A DNA stretch of 64,000 bases from Bacteroidota bacterium (GCA_036846145.1 DAIUCM010000001.1:7350-71349), one strand, 5' to 3'; positions 11,119-23,257 are shown, counted from the stretch's first letter. Made by a program: numbers and translations. Notes: generated by a model not told the origin, from the sequence alone.

Positions 11119-11149
11119 AAAAGGATAAAGCTAAAAAGCTTTATCCTTT
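11119..11149 (-). terminator. intrinsic terminator downstream of rplQ (end of alpha operon)
   Basis: Perfect hairpin AAAGGATAAAGCT-aaaa-AGCTTTATCCTTT. On the minus strand it is followed by a run of 8-9 T (complement of A-run 11111-11120). Confidence 0.75.
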
Positions 11150-11172
11150 TCCATATATTGTATTAACAAAAA

Positions 11173-11748
11173 TTATTCTGCTTTATTTTCACCGTTGTTG
11201 TCATCATCCTTTTTAGATGTGCTTGATGTTTCAGGAGCAGAAACTTCTGCATCAGTTGCATCGGCCTTTGCATTATTCTTTGTAGCTGCAGAAGCAATAA
11301 CTTCAGTTGCATCTTCAGCGCCAGCTTTTTTACCACCTCTTCTACGACGGGTTTTACCTGCAGCTTTCTTAGTTCCTGTTGTGTACAATTCGTTGAAATC
11401 TACTAACTCCATGATACACATTTCTGCGTTATCACCTAAACGGTTACCAATTTTCAAAATTCTTGTATAACCACCTGGTCGGTCAGCAATTTTTGCTGCT
11501 ACTTCACCAAATAACTCTCTTACAGGATCTTTGTGCTTTAATGCCTTGAAAACCATCCTGCGTGAGTGCGTTGTATCAGTTTTTGCTTTTGTAATTAATG
11601 GCTCAACATACATACGAAGCATTTTAGCTTTCGCTACAGTAGTTTTAATTTTCTTGTGTAAGATAAGCGAAGAAGCCATATTAGCAATTAATGCTTTACG
11701 GTGACTTGCAGTTCTGCCTAAATGGTTTATTTTATTACCGTGATTCAT
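11173..11748 (-). CDS. rplQ: 50S ribosomal protein L17 with Lys/Ala-rich C-terminal extension
   Basis: [45 protein letters not shown]... then a ~70-aa basic/acidic low-complexity tail. Confidence 0.95.
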   Translation of the reverse strand: MNHGNKINHLGRTASHRKALIANMASSLILHKKIKTTVAKAKMLRMYVEPLITKAKTDTTHSRRMVFKALKHKDPVRELFGEVAAKIADRPGGYTRILKIGNRLGDNAEMCIMELVDFNELYTTGTKKAAGKTRRRRGGKKAGAEDATEVIASAATKNNAKADATDAEVSAPETSSTSKKDDDNNGENKAE

Positions 11749-11821
11749 CTTCTTATATTATGGGTTGAAGCATTTTTCCGCAATATGATATATGGAAGCT
11801 CTCCAACAATTTTTGTACTTA

Positions 11822-12811
11822 TTATTCTTCGTCCAATCTGTATTTGTGAATGTCCATTCCGAATGTAAGATTTTTATCACGAACCAGATCCTCAAGTTCA
11901 GTTAACGATTTCTTACCAAAATTTCTGAATTTCAAAAGATCAGCAATATCATATTGTACAAGATCACCTAATGTTTTAATCTCAGCTGCACGTAAACAGT
12001 TGAAAGCTCTAACAGAAAGATCCAAATCAGTAAGCTGCGTTTTCAGAAGTTTTCTCATGTGCAGGAATTTCTCATCTACACGATTTTCTTCCTTCTTCAT
12101 TTCACTGTCAAGAGTCATATTCTTGTCAGAGAAAATTATAAGGTGCTGAATCATGATTTTAGCAGCTTCTTTTAATGCCTCCTCTGGATGAATTGAACCA
12201 TCAGTCGCCAACTCTAAAATTAATTTTTCATAATCCGTATTCTGGCCAACACGCGTATTTTCGATACTGTATTTAACCTTACGAATAGGAGTAAAAATTG
12301 AATCAATAGCAATATGACCAATTATTGATTCTTTTGGTTTATTATCTTCTGAAGAAAGATATCCCCTGCCTTTTTCAATAGTTAGCTCAAGCTCGAATTT
12401 AACAGAAGGCTCAAGGTGACAAATTACCAACTCCGGATTCAATACTTCAAAATAATTTGAAGCTTTACCTATATCACCAGCAGTAATTCTATCCTGACCA
12501 TTTATTGAAACAAATATTTTTTCCGAATCTTCATTCGAGATTCTACGAAACCTAACTTGTTTCAGATTCAGAATAATTTCAGTTACATCTTCTATAACAC
12601 CATTGATGGCAGAGAACTCATGATCAACACCGTTAATACGAATAGACGTAATAGCAAAACCTTCCAGTGATGATAGTAAAATCCTTCTAAGAGAATTTCC
12701 TATTGTTACGCCATATCCTTTTTCAAGAGGCGAAAACTCAAAAGTACCTTCAAAGTCTGATGCCTTTTGCATTACTACCTTCTCGGGCTTTTGAAATGCT
12801 ATAACTGCCAT
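11822..12811 (-). CDS. rpoA: DNA-directed RNA polymerase subunit alpha
   Basis: 329 aa. N-terminal assembly domain plus C-terminal CTD ...[20 protein letters not shown]... Confidence 0.97.
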   Translation of the reverse strand: MAVIAFQKPEKVVMQKASDFEGTFEFSPLEKGYGVTIGNSLRRILLSSLEGFAITSIRINGVDHEFSAINGVIEDVTEIILNLKQVRFRRISNEDSEKIFVSINGQDRITAGDIGKASNYFEVLNPELVICHLEPSVKFELELTIEKGRGYLSSEDNKPKESIIGHIAIDSIFTPIRKVKYSIENTRVGQNTDYEKLILELATDGSIHPEEALKEAAKIMIQHLIIFSDKNMTLDSEMKKEENRVDEKFLHMRKLLKTQLTDLDLSVRAFNCLRAAEIKTLGDLVQYDIADLLKFRNFGKKSLTELEDLVRDKNLTFGMDIHKYRLDEE

Positions 12812-12839
12812 ATATTGTTTAGATATTATTAATCAAAAA

Positions 12840-13445
12840 TTACTTAGAATAAAGCTCGACGATCAATTGCTCTTTAATATTTTCCGGTATTTGATCACGT
12901 TCCGGGAAATCAATAAAACGGCCAGATTTCGCAGTTGGATTAAATTCGATCCATGCAAATCCTCTTCCTCTGCGAGAAGTAGATTCAGCGATTACTTCTA
13001 GCGATTTTGACTTTTCTCTAACTGCAACTTCATCACCAGGACGAAGCGTGTAAGAAGGAATATTTACAACTTTTCCGTTTACAGTGATATGCTTATGCGT
13101 AACAAGCTGCCTTGCCGCAGGTCGAGAAGGAGCTATACCCATTCTGAAAACTGTATTATCAAGACGTGCTTCCAGAAATTTCAATAAGTTTTCGCCTGTA
13201 ATGCCTTTTTTCCTGGCAGCCTTATGAAACAAATTCTCAAACTGGCGCTCTAATAAACCATAAGTGTATTTTGCCTTTTGCTTCTCAGCTAATTGAACAG
13301 AATACTCAGATTGTTTAGAACGTTTCCTGTTCTGACCATGCTGTCCAGGAGGATAAGGTTTTTTATCAAAAGATCTGTCTGGACCATAAATTGCCTCTTT
13401 AAATTTACGTGCAATTTTAGTTTTCGGGCCTGTATATCTTGCCAT
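12840..13445 (-). CDS. rpsD: 30S ribosomal protein S4
   Basis: 201 aa, [15 protein letters not shown]... S4 domain. Confidence 0.97.
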   Translation of the reverse strand: MARYTGPKTKIARKFKEAIYGPDRSFDKKPYPPGQHGQNRKRSKQSEYSVQLAEKQKAKYTYGLLERQFENLFHKAARKKGITGENLLKFLEARLDNTVFRMGIAPSRPAARQLVTHKHITVNGKVVNIPSYTLRPGDEVAVREKSKSLEVIAESTSRRGRGFAWIEFNPTAKSGRFIDFPERDQIPENIKEQLIVELYSK

Positions 13446-13469
13446 TATTAACTACTTAAACTGTAAAAA

Positions 13470-13865
13470 TTATACTCTTCTTTTCTTAGGAGGACGACAA
13501 CCGTTATGCGGAATAGGTGTTACATCATGAATTGAAGTAATTTCTATACCCAAATTGCTTATTGTACGAATTGCAGCTTCACGTCCAGCGCCTGGTCCTT
13601 TGATCTGTACATCAGCTTTTCTCATACCAAGATCGTATGCAACCTTACCGCACTCGTTAGCAGCAGTCTGACCAGCGTATGGTGTATTCTTCTTAGAACC
13701 TTTAAAACCCATTTTACCAGCAGAAGACCATGCAATTACCTGACCCGTAGAATTCGTGATCGATACAATTATGTTATTGAAGGTAGCCTGAATGAAAACG
13801 CGGCCATATGCATCAACATTAACCTTCTTCTTCTTAACTACCGTTCTAGCTACTTTTTTTGCCAT
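13470..13865 (-). CDS. rpsK: 30S ribosomal protein S11
   Basis: 131 aa, ...[30 protein letters not shown]... Confidence 0.97.
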   Translation of the reverse strand: MAKKVARTVVKKKKVNVDAYGRVFIQATFNNIIVSITNSTGQVIAWSSAGKMGFKGSKKNTPYAGQTAANECGKVAYDLGMRKADVQIKGPGAGREAAIRTISNLGIEITSIHDVTPIPHNGCRPPKKRRV

Positions 13866-13876
13866 TAATCTACTTA

Positions 13877-14254
13877 TTATTTAGTAACCTTCTTTTTATT
13901 TGCAACCGTTTTCTTACGACCTTTTCTGGTCCTTGCATTTGTACGGGTTCTTTGTCCCCTTACTGGTAAACCTTTTCTATGCCTCTGCCCACGATAAGTT
14001 CCAATGTCCATAAGTCTCTTAATACTTAATTGCACTTCGGTTCTAAGCTCTCCTTCTGTTTTAATGTTCTCGGTGATTAAACGACGGATCTCATTGATCT
14101 GATCATCATTCCAGTCTTTAACCTTTATATTTACATCTACGTCTGCCTGAGTTAGAATTTCTTTAGCTGTAGAACGGCCTATACCATAAATATAGGTTAA
14201 GCCTATCTCGCCTCTTTTATCTTTCGGCAGATCGATACCTGATATACGAGCCAT
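13877..14254 (-). CDS. rpsM: 30S ribosomal protein S13
   Basis: 125 aa, [26 protein letters not shown]... Confidence 0.97.
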   Translation of the reverse strand: MARISGIDLPKDKRGEIGLTYIYGIGRSTAKEILTQADVDVNIKVKDWNDDQINEIRRLITENIKTEGELRTEVQLSIKRLMDIGTYRGQRHRKGLPVRGQRTRTNARTRKGRKKTVANKKKVTK

Positions 14255-14256
14255 AA

Positions 14257-14373
14257 TTATCCTTGTCTTTGTTTAAAGCGTGGTTTCAACTTATTGATTA
14301 TATATAAGCGCCCCTTCCTGCGAACTATTTTGCAATCTGCGCTTCTCTTCTTTACTGATACTCGAACCTTCAT
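14257..14373 (-). CDS. rpmJ: 50S ribosomal protein L36
   Basis: Not in ORF track because it is too short. Manual translation of complement 14373..14257 gives [38 protein letters not shown] (38 aa), the canonical L36, in its conserved slot between infA and rpsM. Confidence 0.9.
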   Translation of the reverse strand: MKVRVSVKKRSADCKIVRRKGRLYIINKLKPRFKQRQG

Positions 14374-14374
14374 T

Positions 14375-14593
14375 TTATTTATATCTATAGGTTATTCTAC
14401 CTTTTGTTAAATCATACGGAGACATTTCAACTTTAATTTTGTCTCCAGGTAATATTCGTATATAATGCATACGCATTTTACCTGATATATGTGCCAATAT
14501 TTCGTGTCCGTTTTCTAACTTTACCCTGAACATTGCATTTGGCAAAGCTTCAGTGATGACACCATCTTGTAATATAGTTGATTGTTTGGCCAT
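14375..14593 (-). CDS. infA: translation initiation factor IF-1
   Basis: 72 aa, [72 protein letters not shown]. Confidence 0.97.
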   Translation of the reverse strand: MAKQSTILQDGVITEALPNAMFRVKLENGHEILAHISGKMRMHYIRILPGDKIKVEMSPYDLTKGRITYRYK

Positions 14594-14652
14594 TTAAAAA
14601 ATACTTGAATCGGCCTGCAAAGTTACTAATATTATTTTATAATCCAAATAGT

Positions 14653-16014
14653 TTAAGCAACACCGCCTAAAGTATTTCTTCCTTTAATTCTACCAGTTTT
14701 CATAAGCCCGTCGTAATGCCTCATCAACAAATGACTTTCCACCTGTTGCAAAGTATCAAGTACAACACCAACCATAATCAAAAGAGATGTTCCACCATAA
14801 AATTGCGCGAATTGGCTATTTACACCCATTCTTCCGGCAATAGCTGGAAAAATCGCAATGAATGCTAAAAAAACTGCTCCTGGAAGTGTAATTCTACTCA
14901 TTATTGTATCAATATAATCCGCAGTTGCAGCTCCAGGTTTAACTCCAGGAATAAAACCACCGTTCTTCTTTAATTCGTCAGAAATTTGAACAGGATTAAT
15001 TGTAACAGCAGTATAGAAATAAGTAAATAAAATAATTAAGAGTGCAAATACAATATTGTATAATACAGACTGATGATTTGTCAAAGCACCTCCAATTCCT
15101 TGCCAGGTGCTGGAATTTGGGAAAAACTGTCCAACCGTCGCTGGAATAAACATTAACGCTTGAGCAAAAATGATTGGCATAACACCGGCAGCATTAAGTT
15201 TTAATGGTAAAAACTGCCTTGCACCCCCTTCCTGGTATTTACCAACTACTCTTTTGGCATACTGCAATGGTATTCTTCTAGTGCCTTGAACTAAGGCTAT
15301 TACAGCAACAACAACCAGAAGCAATGAAACAATCTCAATTAAGAAAATCACAAGACCGCCACCGGCCTCATTCATTCTTGAATCTAATTCAGCTATTAAA
15401 GAAACCGGCAATCTGGCAATAATACCTATCATTATAATTAAAGATACGCCATTTCCAATTCCACGGTCAGTAATTTTTTCACCTAACCACATAACAAACA
15501 TTGTTCCTGTAGTTATAAGTATAATATTAACAAACATGAACATTCCCATTGACATTATTCCGGGATTAATTATCGGTGTTATTGCACCAGGCACCATATT
15601 TCTTAAATTAATCAAGAAGCTAGCAGCCTGAACAGCTGCAATAGCAATAGTTAACCAACGAGTCATCTGGTTAATTTTCTGACGTCCAGATTCACCTTCT
15701 TTCTGTAGTTTTTGGAAATACGGTACTGCAATTCCTAATAGCTGGATAACTATAGAAGCCGAAATGTAAGGCATTATACCTACAGCGAATATTGATGCGC
15801 GTGAAAATGCTCCTCCGGCAAACATATTAATTATGCCGAAAAGCCCTTCTGATGCTCTTGAACTATATGCCTGTAATGCGTTGGGATCTATACCCGGTAA
15901 TACAACATATGAGCCTAATCTATAGATTAATAATAAACCTAATGTAATTAAAATTCTTGAGCGAAGCTCTTCAATTTTAAAAATATTCTGAACTGTTTGT
16001 ATAAGACCTTTCAT
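14653..16014 (-). CDS. secY: preprotein translocase subunit SecY
   Basis: 453 aa, 10-TM profile, conserved position after rplO. Confidence 0.97.
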   Translation of the reverse strand: MKGLIQTVQNIFKIEELRSRILITLGLLLIYRLGSYVVLPGIDPNALQAYSSRASEGLFGIINMFAGGAFSRASIFAVGIMPYISASIVIQLLGIAVPYFQKLQKEGESGRQKINQMTRWLTIAIAAVQAASFLINLRNMVPGAITPIINPGIMSMGMFMFVNIILITTGTMFVMWLGEKITDRGIGNGVSLIIMIGIIARLPVSLIAELDSRMNEAGGGLVIFLIEIVSLLLVVVAVIALVQGTRRIPLQYAKRVVGKYQEGGARQFLPLKLNAAGVMPIIFAQALMFIPATVGQFFPNSSTWQGIGGALTNHQSVLYNIVFALLIILFTYFYTAVTINPVQISDELKKNGGFIPGVKPGAATADYIDTIMSRITLPGAVFLAFIAIFPAIAGRMGVNSQFAQFYGGTSLLIMVGVVLDTLQQVESHLLMRHYDGLMKTGRIKGRNTLGGVA

Positions 16015-16017
16015 ATC

Positions 16018-16464
16018 TTAAAGGTTTTCTGTCGATCCCCCAGCTTTTTCTATCGCTGCAATTGCACTTTTAGAGAAAGCATGTGCCTTAATGTTTACTT
16101 TTCCTGTTAATTCTCCTGAACCTAAAATTTTGAATTTCTGGTTTTTAGATATAATACCAAAATTAAATAATGTGATATTATCAATAGAATCTAAATTTTG
16201 TGTATCTATTAACTTTTGAATAGTCTCAAGGTTAACAGCTAAATATTCTATTCTATTTATATTTTTAAATCCATACTTAGGCACACGACGCTGAATTGGC
16301 ATTTGACCACCCTCAAATCCAGCTTTAGAACTATAACCTGATCTTGATCTGGCTCCTTTGTGACCACGTGTTGCAGTTCCACCTTTACCAGAACCCTGAC
16401 CTCTACCTACACGTTTTCCTTTTTTAACGGAACCTGGTGCCGGTGTTAAGCTATTTAAATTCAT
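16018..16464 (-). CDS. rplO: 50S ribosomal protein L15
   Basis: 148 aa, Gly/Arg-rich N-terminus MNLNSLTPAPGSVKKGKRVGRGQGSGKGGT... Confidence 0.95.
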   Translation of the reverse strand: MNLNSLTPAPGSVKKGKRVGRGQGSGKGGTATRGHKGARSRSGYSSKAGFEGGQMPIQRRVPKYGFKNINRIEYLAVNLETIQKLIDTQNLDSIDNITLFNFGIISKNQKFKILGSGELTGKVNIKAHAFSKSAIAAIEKAGGSTENL

Positions 16465-16466
16465 AA

Positions 16467-16646
16467 TTAAATCTGTTCAACTATTACTAAATGATTTACT
16501 TTACGTAGCATTCCTGCAATTTGTGGGGTATCCTCATGGATTACTCTATGCTGTACTTTCTTTAAACCCAGAGCTGCTATCGTCCTTTTTTGTCTTTCAG
16601 GTCTGTCAATTGTGCTTTTAACCTGTGTAATTTTAATTTGTGGCAT
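16467..16646 (-). CDS. rpmD: 50S ribosomal protein L30
   Basis: Not separately listed in ORF track. Manual translation of complement 16646..16467 gives MPQIKITQVKSTIDRPERQKRTIAALGLKKVQHRVIHEDTPQIAGMLRKVNHLVIVEQI* (59 aa). Confidence 0.9.
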   Translation of the reverse strand: MPQIKITQVKSTIDRPERQKRTIAALGLKKVQHRVIHEDTPQIAGMLRKVNHLVIVEQI

Positions 16647-16650
16647 ATGC

Positions 16651-17166
16651 TTAACCGTTAAATACCTGATTCAAATTAATTCCTCTTAACTTAGCGATGG
16701 TATATGGATCACGCATCTCAGATAAAGCTTTTATGGTCGCTTTAACAACATTGTGCGGATTAGACGAACCTTTAGATTTAGCCAAAACGTCTGTAATACC
16801 AGCGCTTTCTAAAACAGCACGCATCGCACCACCAGCTATTACACCAGTACCTGGCGCAGCAGGCTTAAGAAAAACCTGGGCACCACAAAACTTAATCTCC
16901 AGCTCATGTGGCACAGTTCCATTAATAACAGGAACTTTTATAAGTGTTTTTTTTGCGTCGTTAACACCTTTGGTAATTGCTTCAGTAACTTCACGAGCTT
17001 TACCCAAACCATGTCCAACCACACCATTACCATTACCTACTACTACTACTGCTGCAAAACTAAAAGTCCTACCACCTTTCGTAACCTTAGCAACTCGATT
17101 GATATTGACTACTTTTTCAGCAAGTTCAATTTCACTAGATTTGATTCGTTTTATATTCTTATCCAT
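16651..17166 (-). CDS. rpsE: 30S ribosomal protein S5
   Basis: 171 aa, ...[37 protein letters not shown]... Confidence 0.97.
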   Translation of the reverse strand: MDKNIKRIKSSEIELAEKVVNINRVAKVTKGGRTFSFAAVVVVGNGNGVVGHGLGKAREVTEAITKGVNDAKKTLIKVPVINGTVPHELEIKFCGAQVFLKPAAPGTGVIAGGAMRAVLESAGITDVLAKSKGSSNPHNVVKATIKALSEMRDPYTIAKLRGINLNQVFNG

Positions 17167-17178
17167 CTTAAACTTAAA

Positions 17179-17529
17179 TTATAAATTAAGACCAGCTTCG
17201 CGAGCACCTTCTGCAAGGGATTTGATCCTACCATGATACAGATATCCGTTCCTGTCAAATACTACAGAATCCACATTTGCTTCTTTTGCTCTTTTCGCAA
17301 TCTCACTACCTACCAGTCTCGCTTTTTCTACAGGAGTACCTTCTTTAGATATTCTGGAAGAAGCTGCAGCTAAAGTGAGGCCACTGGAATCATCTATGAT
17401 TTGGGCATAAATTTCAGAATTACTTCTGTAAACTGTTAATCTTGGTCTTTCTGCATTGCCACGGATTCTTTTACGCAATCCTTTCCTTATTTTATTTCTG
17501 CGGTGCAGTTTTTTCTTAATACGGTCCAT
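17179..17529 (-). CDS. rplR: 50S ribosomal protein L18
   Basis: 116 aa, ...[19 protein letters not shown]... Confidence 0.95.
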   Translation of the reverse strand: MDRIKKKLHRRNKIRKGLRKRIRGNAERPRLTVYRSNSEIYAQIIDDSSGLTLAAASSRISKEGTPVEKARLVGSEIAKRAKEANVDSVVFDRNGYLYHGRIKSLAEGAREAGLNL

Positions 17530-17536
17530 CTATAAA

Positions 17537-18091
17537 TTATTTACCAGCTGTTTTACCTGCCTTTCTACGAACTACTTCACCTACAAATCTTATACCTTTA
17601 CCTTTATACGGTTCTGGTTTGCGTAGCGACCTAATCTTGGCTGCTACCTGACCTAAAAGTTGCTTATCTGCACTTTGTAAAGTAATTATTGGATTCTTAC
17701 CTTTCTCAGTTAATGTTGAAACGGAAACTTCTGTCGGCAATTCCACCATTACTTCATGTGAATATCCGATCACCAAGTCTAATAACTGACCCTGATTTGT
17801 CGCTTTATATCCAATACCTACCAATTCCTGCTTAAGCTCGAAACCATCGGAAACTCCTTTAACCATGTTAAAGATAATTGAACGATATAAACCGTGCATT
17901 GCTTTGTGACGCTTCTGCTCAGATGGTCTTTCTACCAAAATTTCTGATCCTTCTACTTTTACTGCAATATCAGTATCAATCTTCTCTGATAAAGTACCTT
18001 TAGCCCCTTTCACAGTGATAATATTATTATCGGCAACTTCAACGCTTACGCCTGAAGGAATATTTATTGGTAATTTTCCGATACGTGACAT
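17537..18091 (-). CDS. rplF: 50S ribosomal protein L6
   Basis: 184 aa, MSRIGKLPINIPSGVSVEV... Confidence 0.97.
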   Translation of the reverse strand: MSRIGKLPINIPSGVSVEVADNNIITVKGAKGTLSEKIDTDIAVKVEGSEILVERPSEQKRHKAMHGLYRSIIFNMVKGVSDGFELKQELVGIGYKATNQGQLLDLVIGYSHEVMVELPTEVSVSTLTEKGKNPIITLQSADKQLLGQVAAKIRSLRKPEPYKGKGIRFVGEVVRRKAGKTAGK

Positions 18092-18105
18092 ATCTTAATT
18101 ATAAT

Positions 18106-18504
18106 TTATGAAATATAACAAAGTACTTCTCCACCAACATTTTCACGGCGTGCATCCTTCTCAGTCATAACGCCGCGTGAAGTAGAAATTATTGCAGTAC
18201 CTAAACCATTAATAACTCTTGGTAATTCTGCTGCAGGCTTATAGTGTCTTAAACCTGGCCTGCTTACTCTTTTTAAATTATTTATAGCAGAAATACCGCT
18301 TGTGCTATCGTATTTCAATGCTATTTTAATGGTTCCCTGCGGACCATTATCATTATCAAACCTGTAACTTAAAATATAACCTTGTTTATATAAAATTTCG
18401 GTTATAGCTTTTTTTAAGTTAGAAGCAGGTATTTCGACAACCCGGTGCTTTGCTTTAACAGCATTTCGCAGACGAGTTAGATAATCAGAAATTGGATCAG
18501 TCAT
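18106..18504 (-). CDS. rpsH: 30S ribosomal protein S8
   Basis: 132 aa, MTDPISDYLTRLRNA... Confidence 0.97.
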   Translation of the reverse strand: MTDPISDYLTRLRNAVKAKHRVVEIPASNLKKAITEILYKQGYILSYRFDNDNGPQGTIKIALKYDSTSGISAINNLKRVSRPGLRHYKPAAELPRVINGLGTAIISTSRGVMTEKDARRENVGGEVLCYIS

Positions 18505-18515
18505 TTTATAAATAT

Positions 18516-18785
18516 TTACCAGCTTGCTTTTTTAATACCGGGAATCTTACCATCATGTGCCATATCTCTAAATACATTTCTGGATATTCCGAACTTTCTA
18601 ATGAATCCTCTAGGTCTTCCAGTTAAAGCACACCTGTTACGTAAACGAACAGCTGATGAATTTTTGGGCAATTTATCTAAGGCTTCATAGTCGCCAGCCT
18701 CTTTTAATTCTTTCCTTTTAGCAGCATATTTTTCTACTAAAGCAGCACGTTTTTTATTTCTTACTACAACAGATAATCTTGCCAT
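18516..18785 (-). CDS. rpsN: 30S ribosomal protein S14
   Basis: 89 aa, [24 protein letters not shown]... C-terminal ...[18 protein letters not shown]. Confidence 0.95.
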   Translation of the reverse strand: MARLSVVVRNKKRAALVEKYAAKRKELKEAGDYEALDKLPKNSSAVRLRNRCALTGRPRGFIRKFGISRNVFRDMAHDGKIPGIKKASW

Positions 18786-18787
18786 AA

Positions 18788-19336
18788 TTATGCTTTGAAT
18801 GGTAAACCAAGTTCTTTTAAAAGTGTATATGCTTCTTTATCGGTTTTTGCTGATGTCACAAAAGTAATATCCATTCCCTGAATTCTAGATACTTTATCTA
18901 TATCAATTTCAGGAAATATGATTTGCTCTGTAATACCTAAGGTATAATTTCCTCTTCCGTCGAAACCTTTGTCATTAATACCCTGGAAATCTCTTACTCG
19001 AGGTAATGCCACCGCAATTAAACGCTCCAAAAATTCATACATTTTATCTCCTCTTAATGTTACTTTAACACCGATAGGCATTTGCTCCCTCAGTTTAAAA
19101 TTGGAGATAGCTTTTTTAGCTTTTGTTGCGACAGCTTTCTGACCAGCAATTATTGTCATTTCATCAGCAGCAACATCAACTATTTTTTTGTCAGATACTG
19201 CCGCACCTAAACCTTGATTCAGGCTAATTTTTTCAAGTCTTGGAATTTCCATGACATTCTTTTTGCCTAACTTTTCTTTTAAAGTATTAGCAATTTCAGT
19301 TCTGAATCTTTCTTTTAAAGAAGGAGTGTAATTCAT
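18788..19336 (-). CDS. rplE: 50S ribosomal protein L5
   Basis: 182 aa, ...[18 protein letters not shown]... Confidence 0.97.
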   Translation of the reverse strand: MNYTPSLKERFRTEIANTLKEKLGKKNVMEIPRLEKISLNQGLGAAVSDKKIVDVAADEMTIIAGQKAVATKAKKAISNFKLREQMPIGVKVTLRGDKMYEFLERLIAVALPRVRDFQGINDKGFDGRGNYTLGITEQIIFPEIDIDKVSRIQGMDITFVTSAKTDKEAYTLLKELGLPFKA

Positions 19337-19338
19337 GA

Positions 19339-19677
19339 CTATATTTCTTCTTGAGATTTTTTAGAGTATCTCACTAATTTATTCTTATCATTTAATTTAC
19401 GACCTACTCTTGATGGCTCTGACTTTTTTGGATCGATAACCATTAATTTAGATACGTATAAAGGTGCAGGTTTTCTTATTCTGCCACCCTCAGGATTTTG
19501 TGCAGAAACTTTAGAATGGCGGGTTACAATATTAATGCCATCAACTATAGCTTTTCTTTCTTCTGGAAAAACCTCTAAAACTTTACCGGTTTTACCTTTA
19601 TCATCGCCAGATAATACTTTAACCATATCATCTTTCTTGATGTGAAGCTTCGGAATATTGTTATTTGCTCTTCTCAT
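19339..19677 (-). CDS. rplX: 50S ribosomal protein L24
   Basis: 112 aa, KOW motif ...[22 protein letters not shown]... Confidence 0.95.
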   Translation of the reverse strand: MRRANNNIPKLHIKKDDMVKVLSGDDKGKTGKVLEVFPEERKAIVDGINIVTRHSKVSAQNPEGGRIRKPAPLYVSKLMVIDPKKSEPSRVGRKLNDKNKLVRYSKKSQEEI

Positions 19678-19679
19678 AA

Positions 19680-20048
19680 TTATAATACTTCTGGCGCTAA
19701 AGAAACGATTTTCATAAATTGTTTTTCACGAAGCTCTCGCGCTACAGGTCCAAAAATACGTGTTGCTCTTGGTTCATTTGCGGCGTTTAGCAAAACACAA
19801 GCATTTTCATCAAATCTTATATATGTGCCATCATGCCGGCGTACCTCTTTTCTAACACGCACTATCACTGCTTTCGAAACACTTCCTTTTTTAATACCGC
19901 CAGATGGTAAAGCATTCTTAACAGAAACAACTATTCTGTCTCCTAAAGAAGCATAGCGTTTTCTGGTACCGCCAAGTACTCTAATGCATAAAACCTCTTT
20001 GGCACCACTATTATCAGCGACTTTTAATCTGGATTCCTGCTGTATCAT
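19680..20048 (-). CDS. rplN: 50S ribosomal protein L14
   Basis: 122 aa, [27 protein letters not shown]... Confidence 0.97.
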   Translation of the reverse strand: MIQQESRLKVADNSGAKEVLCIRVLGGTRKRYASLGDRIVVSVKNALPSGGIKKGSVSKAVIVRVRKEVRRHDGTYIRFDENACVLLNAANEPRATRIFGPVARELREKQFMKIVSLAPEVL

Positions 20049-20049
20049 T

Positions 20050-20304
20050 TTATTTAGCTTTCTCTAATATTTGAACCAAACGCCATCTTTTATTTTTGCT
20101 CAGCGGCCTAGTCTCCATTACCTGAACAATATCTCCAACATTGCACTCATTCTTTTCGTCATGAGCCATAAACGTGGAAGTCTTTTTAACAAACTTACCA
20201 TACATTGGGTGCTTAACTTTACGTTCAACGCCAATTACAATAGACTTATCCATTTTATTACGTAGAACCTTACCAATGATTTCTTTTCTAGTACCTCTTT
20301 CCAT
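20050..20304 (-). CDS. rpsQ: 30S ribosomal protein S17
   Basis: 84 aa, ...[36 protein letters not shown]... Confidence 0.95.
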   Translation of the reverse strand: MERGTRKEIIGKVLRNKMDKSIVIGVERKVKHPMYGKFVKKTSTFMAHDEKNECNVGDIVQVMETRPLSKNKRWRLVQILEKAK

Positions 20305-20309
20305 GGTAA

Positions 20310-20513
20310 TTATTTTGCTAACTTATTTAGAAGACGCTTTCTTAATTCGGTATTTATACGAGCGATATTCTTCTTTGCTACTCTTAACCTCATAGGATTC
20401 TCTAAAGGCGTAATAGCGTGAGAAAGTTTCATTTTGGAAAAATTTATCCTTTCTGCGTTAAGATCTTCTCTTAACTGTTTGTCGGATAACTCTGTAATTG
20501 CTTTCTGTTTCAT
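20310..20513 (-). CDS. rpmC: 50S ribosomal protein L29
   Basis: 67 aa coiled-coil, [18 protein letters not shown]... Confidence 0.93.
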   Translation of the reverse strand: MKQKAITELSDKQLREDLNAERINFSKMKLSHAITPLENPMRLRVAKKNIARINTELRKRLLNKLAK

Positions 20514-20523
20514 TTTAATCGCT

Positions 20524-20946
20524 TTATTCTGCTACATAGTCATTCCTGACTATAAATTTCATAACACCTGGTAGTTTTGCTGCACCTAATCTCAATGCCT
20601 CTTTAGCTACGTCCATAGAAACACCATCCAGCTCAAAAATGATACGTCCAGGCTCGCAAACTGCTACCCAATATTCCGGGTTACCTTTACCTTTACCCAT
20701 ACGCACTTCAGCTGGTTTCTTAGTTATAGGTTTATCAGGGAAAATACGAATCCATAGTTTTCCTTCTCTTTTCATATAGCGCGTTATCGCTATCCTCGCA
20801 GCTTCAATTTGTCTTGAAGTTATTAATTTAGGTTCAAGGCATTTTAGAGCGAAAGATCCGAAGGCAATCTGACTTCCTTTATGTGCGAATCCTTTAATTC
20901 TCCCTTTATGTACTTTCCTAAATTTTGTTTTCTTAGGTTGCAGCAT
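20524..20946 (-). CDS. rplP: 50S ribosomal protein L16
   Basis: 140 aa, [19 protein letters not shown]... Confidence 0.97.
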   Translation of the reverse strand: MLQPKKTKFRKVHKGRIKGFAHKGSQIAFGSFALKCLEPKLITSRQIEAARIAITRYMKREGKLWIRIFPDKPITKKPAEVRMGKGKGNPEYWVAVCEPGRIIFELDGVSMDVAKEALRLGAAKLPGVMKFIVRNDYVAE

Positions 20947-20970
20947 TATCTTAAAATTATATGCTTTTTA

Positions 20971-21780
20971 CTATTTTCTTTCTCTTCTGTCTGAACGTGG
21001 CCCGCGATCATTTCTATCACCACCTCTGTTTCCGCGTCTGTCATTTCTATCATTAGACTTGCGTCCTTCGTCGCCAGGTCTGCTATTCCTGCGAGGCATT
21101 TTATCCTGTCCGTCTTTATCCTTACCAATACCAAAGTTTAGTGATAAATCACGCTTACCAAAAACTTCACCTTTGCAAATCCAAACCTTTACACCTATTT
21201 TGCCATACACAGTTTGTGCCTCTGCCAGTGCATAGTCGATATCAGCTCTGAAAGTATGGAGAGGCGTTCTACCCTCTTTGTAACCTTCAGTACGAGCCAT
21301 CTCCGCACCGCCTAATCTTCCACTGCATTTAACTTTAATACCTTCGGCACCCATTCTCATAGTACTTGCAATAGCCATCTTCAAAGCTCTTCTGAAGGAA
21401 ATACGCGCTTCCAGCTGGCTAGCAATGTTCTCAGCAACTAACTTCGCATCAAGCTCAGGTCTTTTAATTTCAAAGATATTTATCTGAATATCTTTGCTAG
21501 TTATATTTTTAAGCTCCTCGCGTAACTTATCTACCTCTGTACCACCTTTACCGATAACTATACCAGGGCGTGATGTATGAATTGTTACAGTTATCCTTTT
21601 GAGAGTTCTTTCAATAACAATTTTGGAAATGCCACCACGTTGAATTCTGGCACTTATATATTTTCTTATTTTGTCATCTTCCAGCAGCTTCTCCGCATAG
21701 TCTTTCTCACCATACCAGTTTGACTCCCATCCACGAATATATCCTAATCTAAGGCCTGTAGGATTTACCTTTTGTCCCAT
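20971..21780 (-). CDS. rpsC: 30S ribosomal protein S3 with Arg/Asp/Gly-rich C-terminal tail
   Basis: 269 aa, [23 protein letters not shown]... KH domain, then ~45 aa [25 protein letters not shown] tail. Confidence 0.97.
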   Translation of the reverse strand: MGQKVNPTGLRLGYIRGWESNWYGEKDYAEKLLEDDKIRKYISARIQRGGISKIVIERTLKRITVTIHTSRPGIVIGKGGTEVDKLREELKNITSKDIQINIFEIKRPELDAKLVAENIASQLEARISFRRALKMAIASTMRMGAEGIKVKCSGRLGGAEMARTEGYKEGRTPLHTFRADIDYALAEAQTVYGKIGVKVWICKGEVFGKRDLSLNFGIGKDKDGQDKMPRRNSRPGDEGRKSNDRNDRRGNRGGDRNDRGPRSDRRERK

Positions 21781-21795
21781 TTTCTTTAATATTTA

Positions 21796-22155
21796 TTAGT
21801 TTGTGGCTGCTGCTTGATTATCCAAAACGAGTATAATGTGATTAGATCTTTTTCGAACTCTATGAGCTCTTCCTTGTGGTGCAGGCTGTACTCTTTTCAA
21901 AACACGCCCACCGTTCACCTGTACACTTTTTATATAAAGATCAGAATCATCCCCTGTTGAATCAGAGTTTTTGTTTTTCCAGTCCGAAATTGCCGATAAA
22001 AGCAATTTCTCCATTTGCTTGGAATACATCCGTTTTTCATGCACTTTTAAAATGTAAAGTGCCTTATCAGCCCTCATACCCCGAATGAGATCTGCAATTA
22101 GCCTCATTTTCCTTGGTGAATACGTGGAATTATTTAATTTAGCAGCTGTTTCCAT
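21796..22155 (-). CDS. rplV: 50S ribosomal protein L22
   Basis: 119 aa, ...SPRKMRLIADLIRGMRADKALYIL... Confidence 0.93.
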   Translation of the reverse strand: METAAKLNNSTYSPRKMRLIADLIRGMRADKALYILKVHEKRMYSKQMEKLLLSAISDWKNKNSDSTGDDSDLYIKSVQVNGGRVLKRVQPAPQGRAHRVRKRSNHIILVLDNQAAATN

Positions 22156-22427
22156 TATTTCTTACCTTTTTTAGCCTGGTGACCTCTAAAAGTTCTTGTA
22201 GGCGCAAATTCACCTAATTTATGACCAACCATATTCTCTGTTACATAAACCGGAATAAATTTATTACCATTATGTACTGCCATTGTATGCCCTACAAAAT
22301 CCGGAGAAATCATACTCCTTCTACTCCAGGTTTTAATAACAGTTTTTTTACCTGACTCATTTTGTTGTTGAATCTTACGATCTAACTTATAGCTGATGTA
22401 AGGTCCTTTTTTTATAGAACGACTCAT
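22155..22427 (-). CDS. rpsS: 30S ribosomal protein S19
   Basis: 90 aa, [19 protein letters not shown]... Confidence 0.97.
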   Translation of the reverse strand: MSRSIKKGPYISYKLDRKIQQQNESGKKTVIKTWSRRSMISPDFVGHTMAVHNGNKFIPVYVTENMVGHKLGEFAPTRTFRGHQAKKGKK

Positions 22428-23257
22428 TATTTCTTATTCTTTCTACGTTCAATAATAAATTTGCTCGTCGGGTTTTTAGGTGCACGAGTCTTTTTACCTT
22501 TAGAATATAAGCCTTTTCTTGACCGAGGCTGTCCACCAGAAGCTCTTCCTTCACCGCCGCCCATTGGGTGATCTACAGGGTTCATTGCTACACCCCTAAC
22601 CCGTGGTCTCCGACCTAACCAACGTTTCTTTCCAGCTTTACCCTTCTTGATTAGTGAATGATCACCATTTGATACAGAACCAATAGTTGCAAAGCATGTA
22701 ATTAGCACCATTCTTGTCTCTCCTGAAGGCATTTTCAGAATGGCATACTTACCGTCTCTTGCTAATAACTGGGCATAAGTACCCGCACTTCTTGCTAAGC
22801 TTCCACCCTGTCCAGGCTGCAGCTCGATGTTATGTATTATAGTTCCAAGTGGTATAAACTGTAATTTTAAACAGTTACCAATCTCAGGTGCTACCTGTTC
22901 GCCGGAAACGATTGTTAAGCCTACTTTAATCCCTTCAGGAGCTATAATATACCTTTTCTCCCCATCGGCATAACTTATAAGTGCTATAAAGGCTGATCTG
23001 TTCGGATCGTATTCTATAGACTTCACTACGCCCGGGATATCAAATTTATCCCTTTTAAAATCAATAACCCTGTATTGTCTTTTATGACCGCCACCCATGT
23101 AGCGCATAGTCATCTTACCACCACTGTTCCTTCCGCCTGATTTCTTAATAGGTCTCAGTAAAGACTTTTCAGGTAAAGAAGTAGTAATTTCCTCGTAAGT
23201 GTTTACGACTGAAAATCTGCGGGTAGGTGTTGTTGGTTTTAATCTTTTAACAGCCAT
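22427..23257 (-). CDS. rplB: 50S ribosomal protein L2
   Basis: 276 aa, ...[17 protein letters not shown]... Confidence 0.97.
   Translation of the reverse strand: MAVKRLKPTTPTRRFSVVNTYEEITTSLPEKSLLRPIKKSGGRNSGGKMTMRYMGGGHKRQYRVIDFKRDKFDIPGVVKSIEYDPNRSAFIALISYADGEKRYIIAPEGIKVGLTIVSGEQVAPEIGNCLKLQFIPLGTIIHNIELQPGQGGSLARSAGTYAQLLARDGKYAILKMPSGETRMVLITCFATIGSVSNGDHSLIKKGKAGKKRWLGRRPRVRGVAMNPVDHPMGGGEGRASGGQPRSRKGLYSKGKKTRAPKNPTSKFIIERRKNKK

Noticed and set aside
16697-17236. 179-aa plus-strand ORF across rpsE/rplR
   Set aside because: It is antisense to S5/L18 and has a Pro/Thr/Leu low-complexity translation. Shadow ORF.
20946-21134. 62-aa ORF overlapping the 3' end of rpsC
   Set aside because: It is out of frame within S3 and is explained by the S3 coding sequence.
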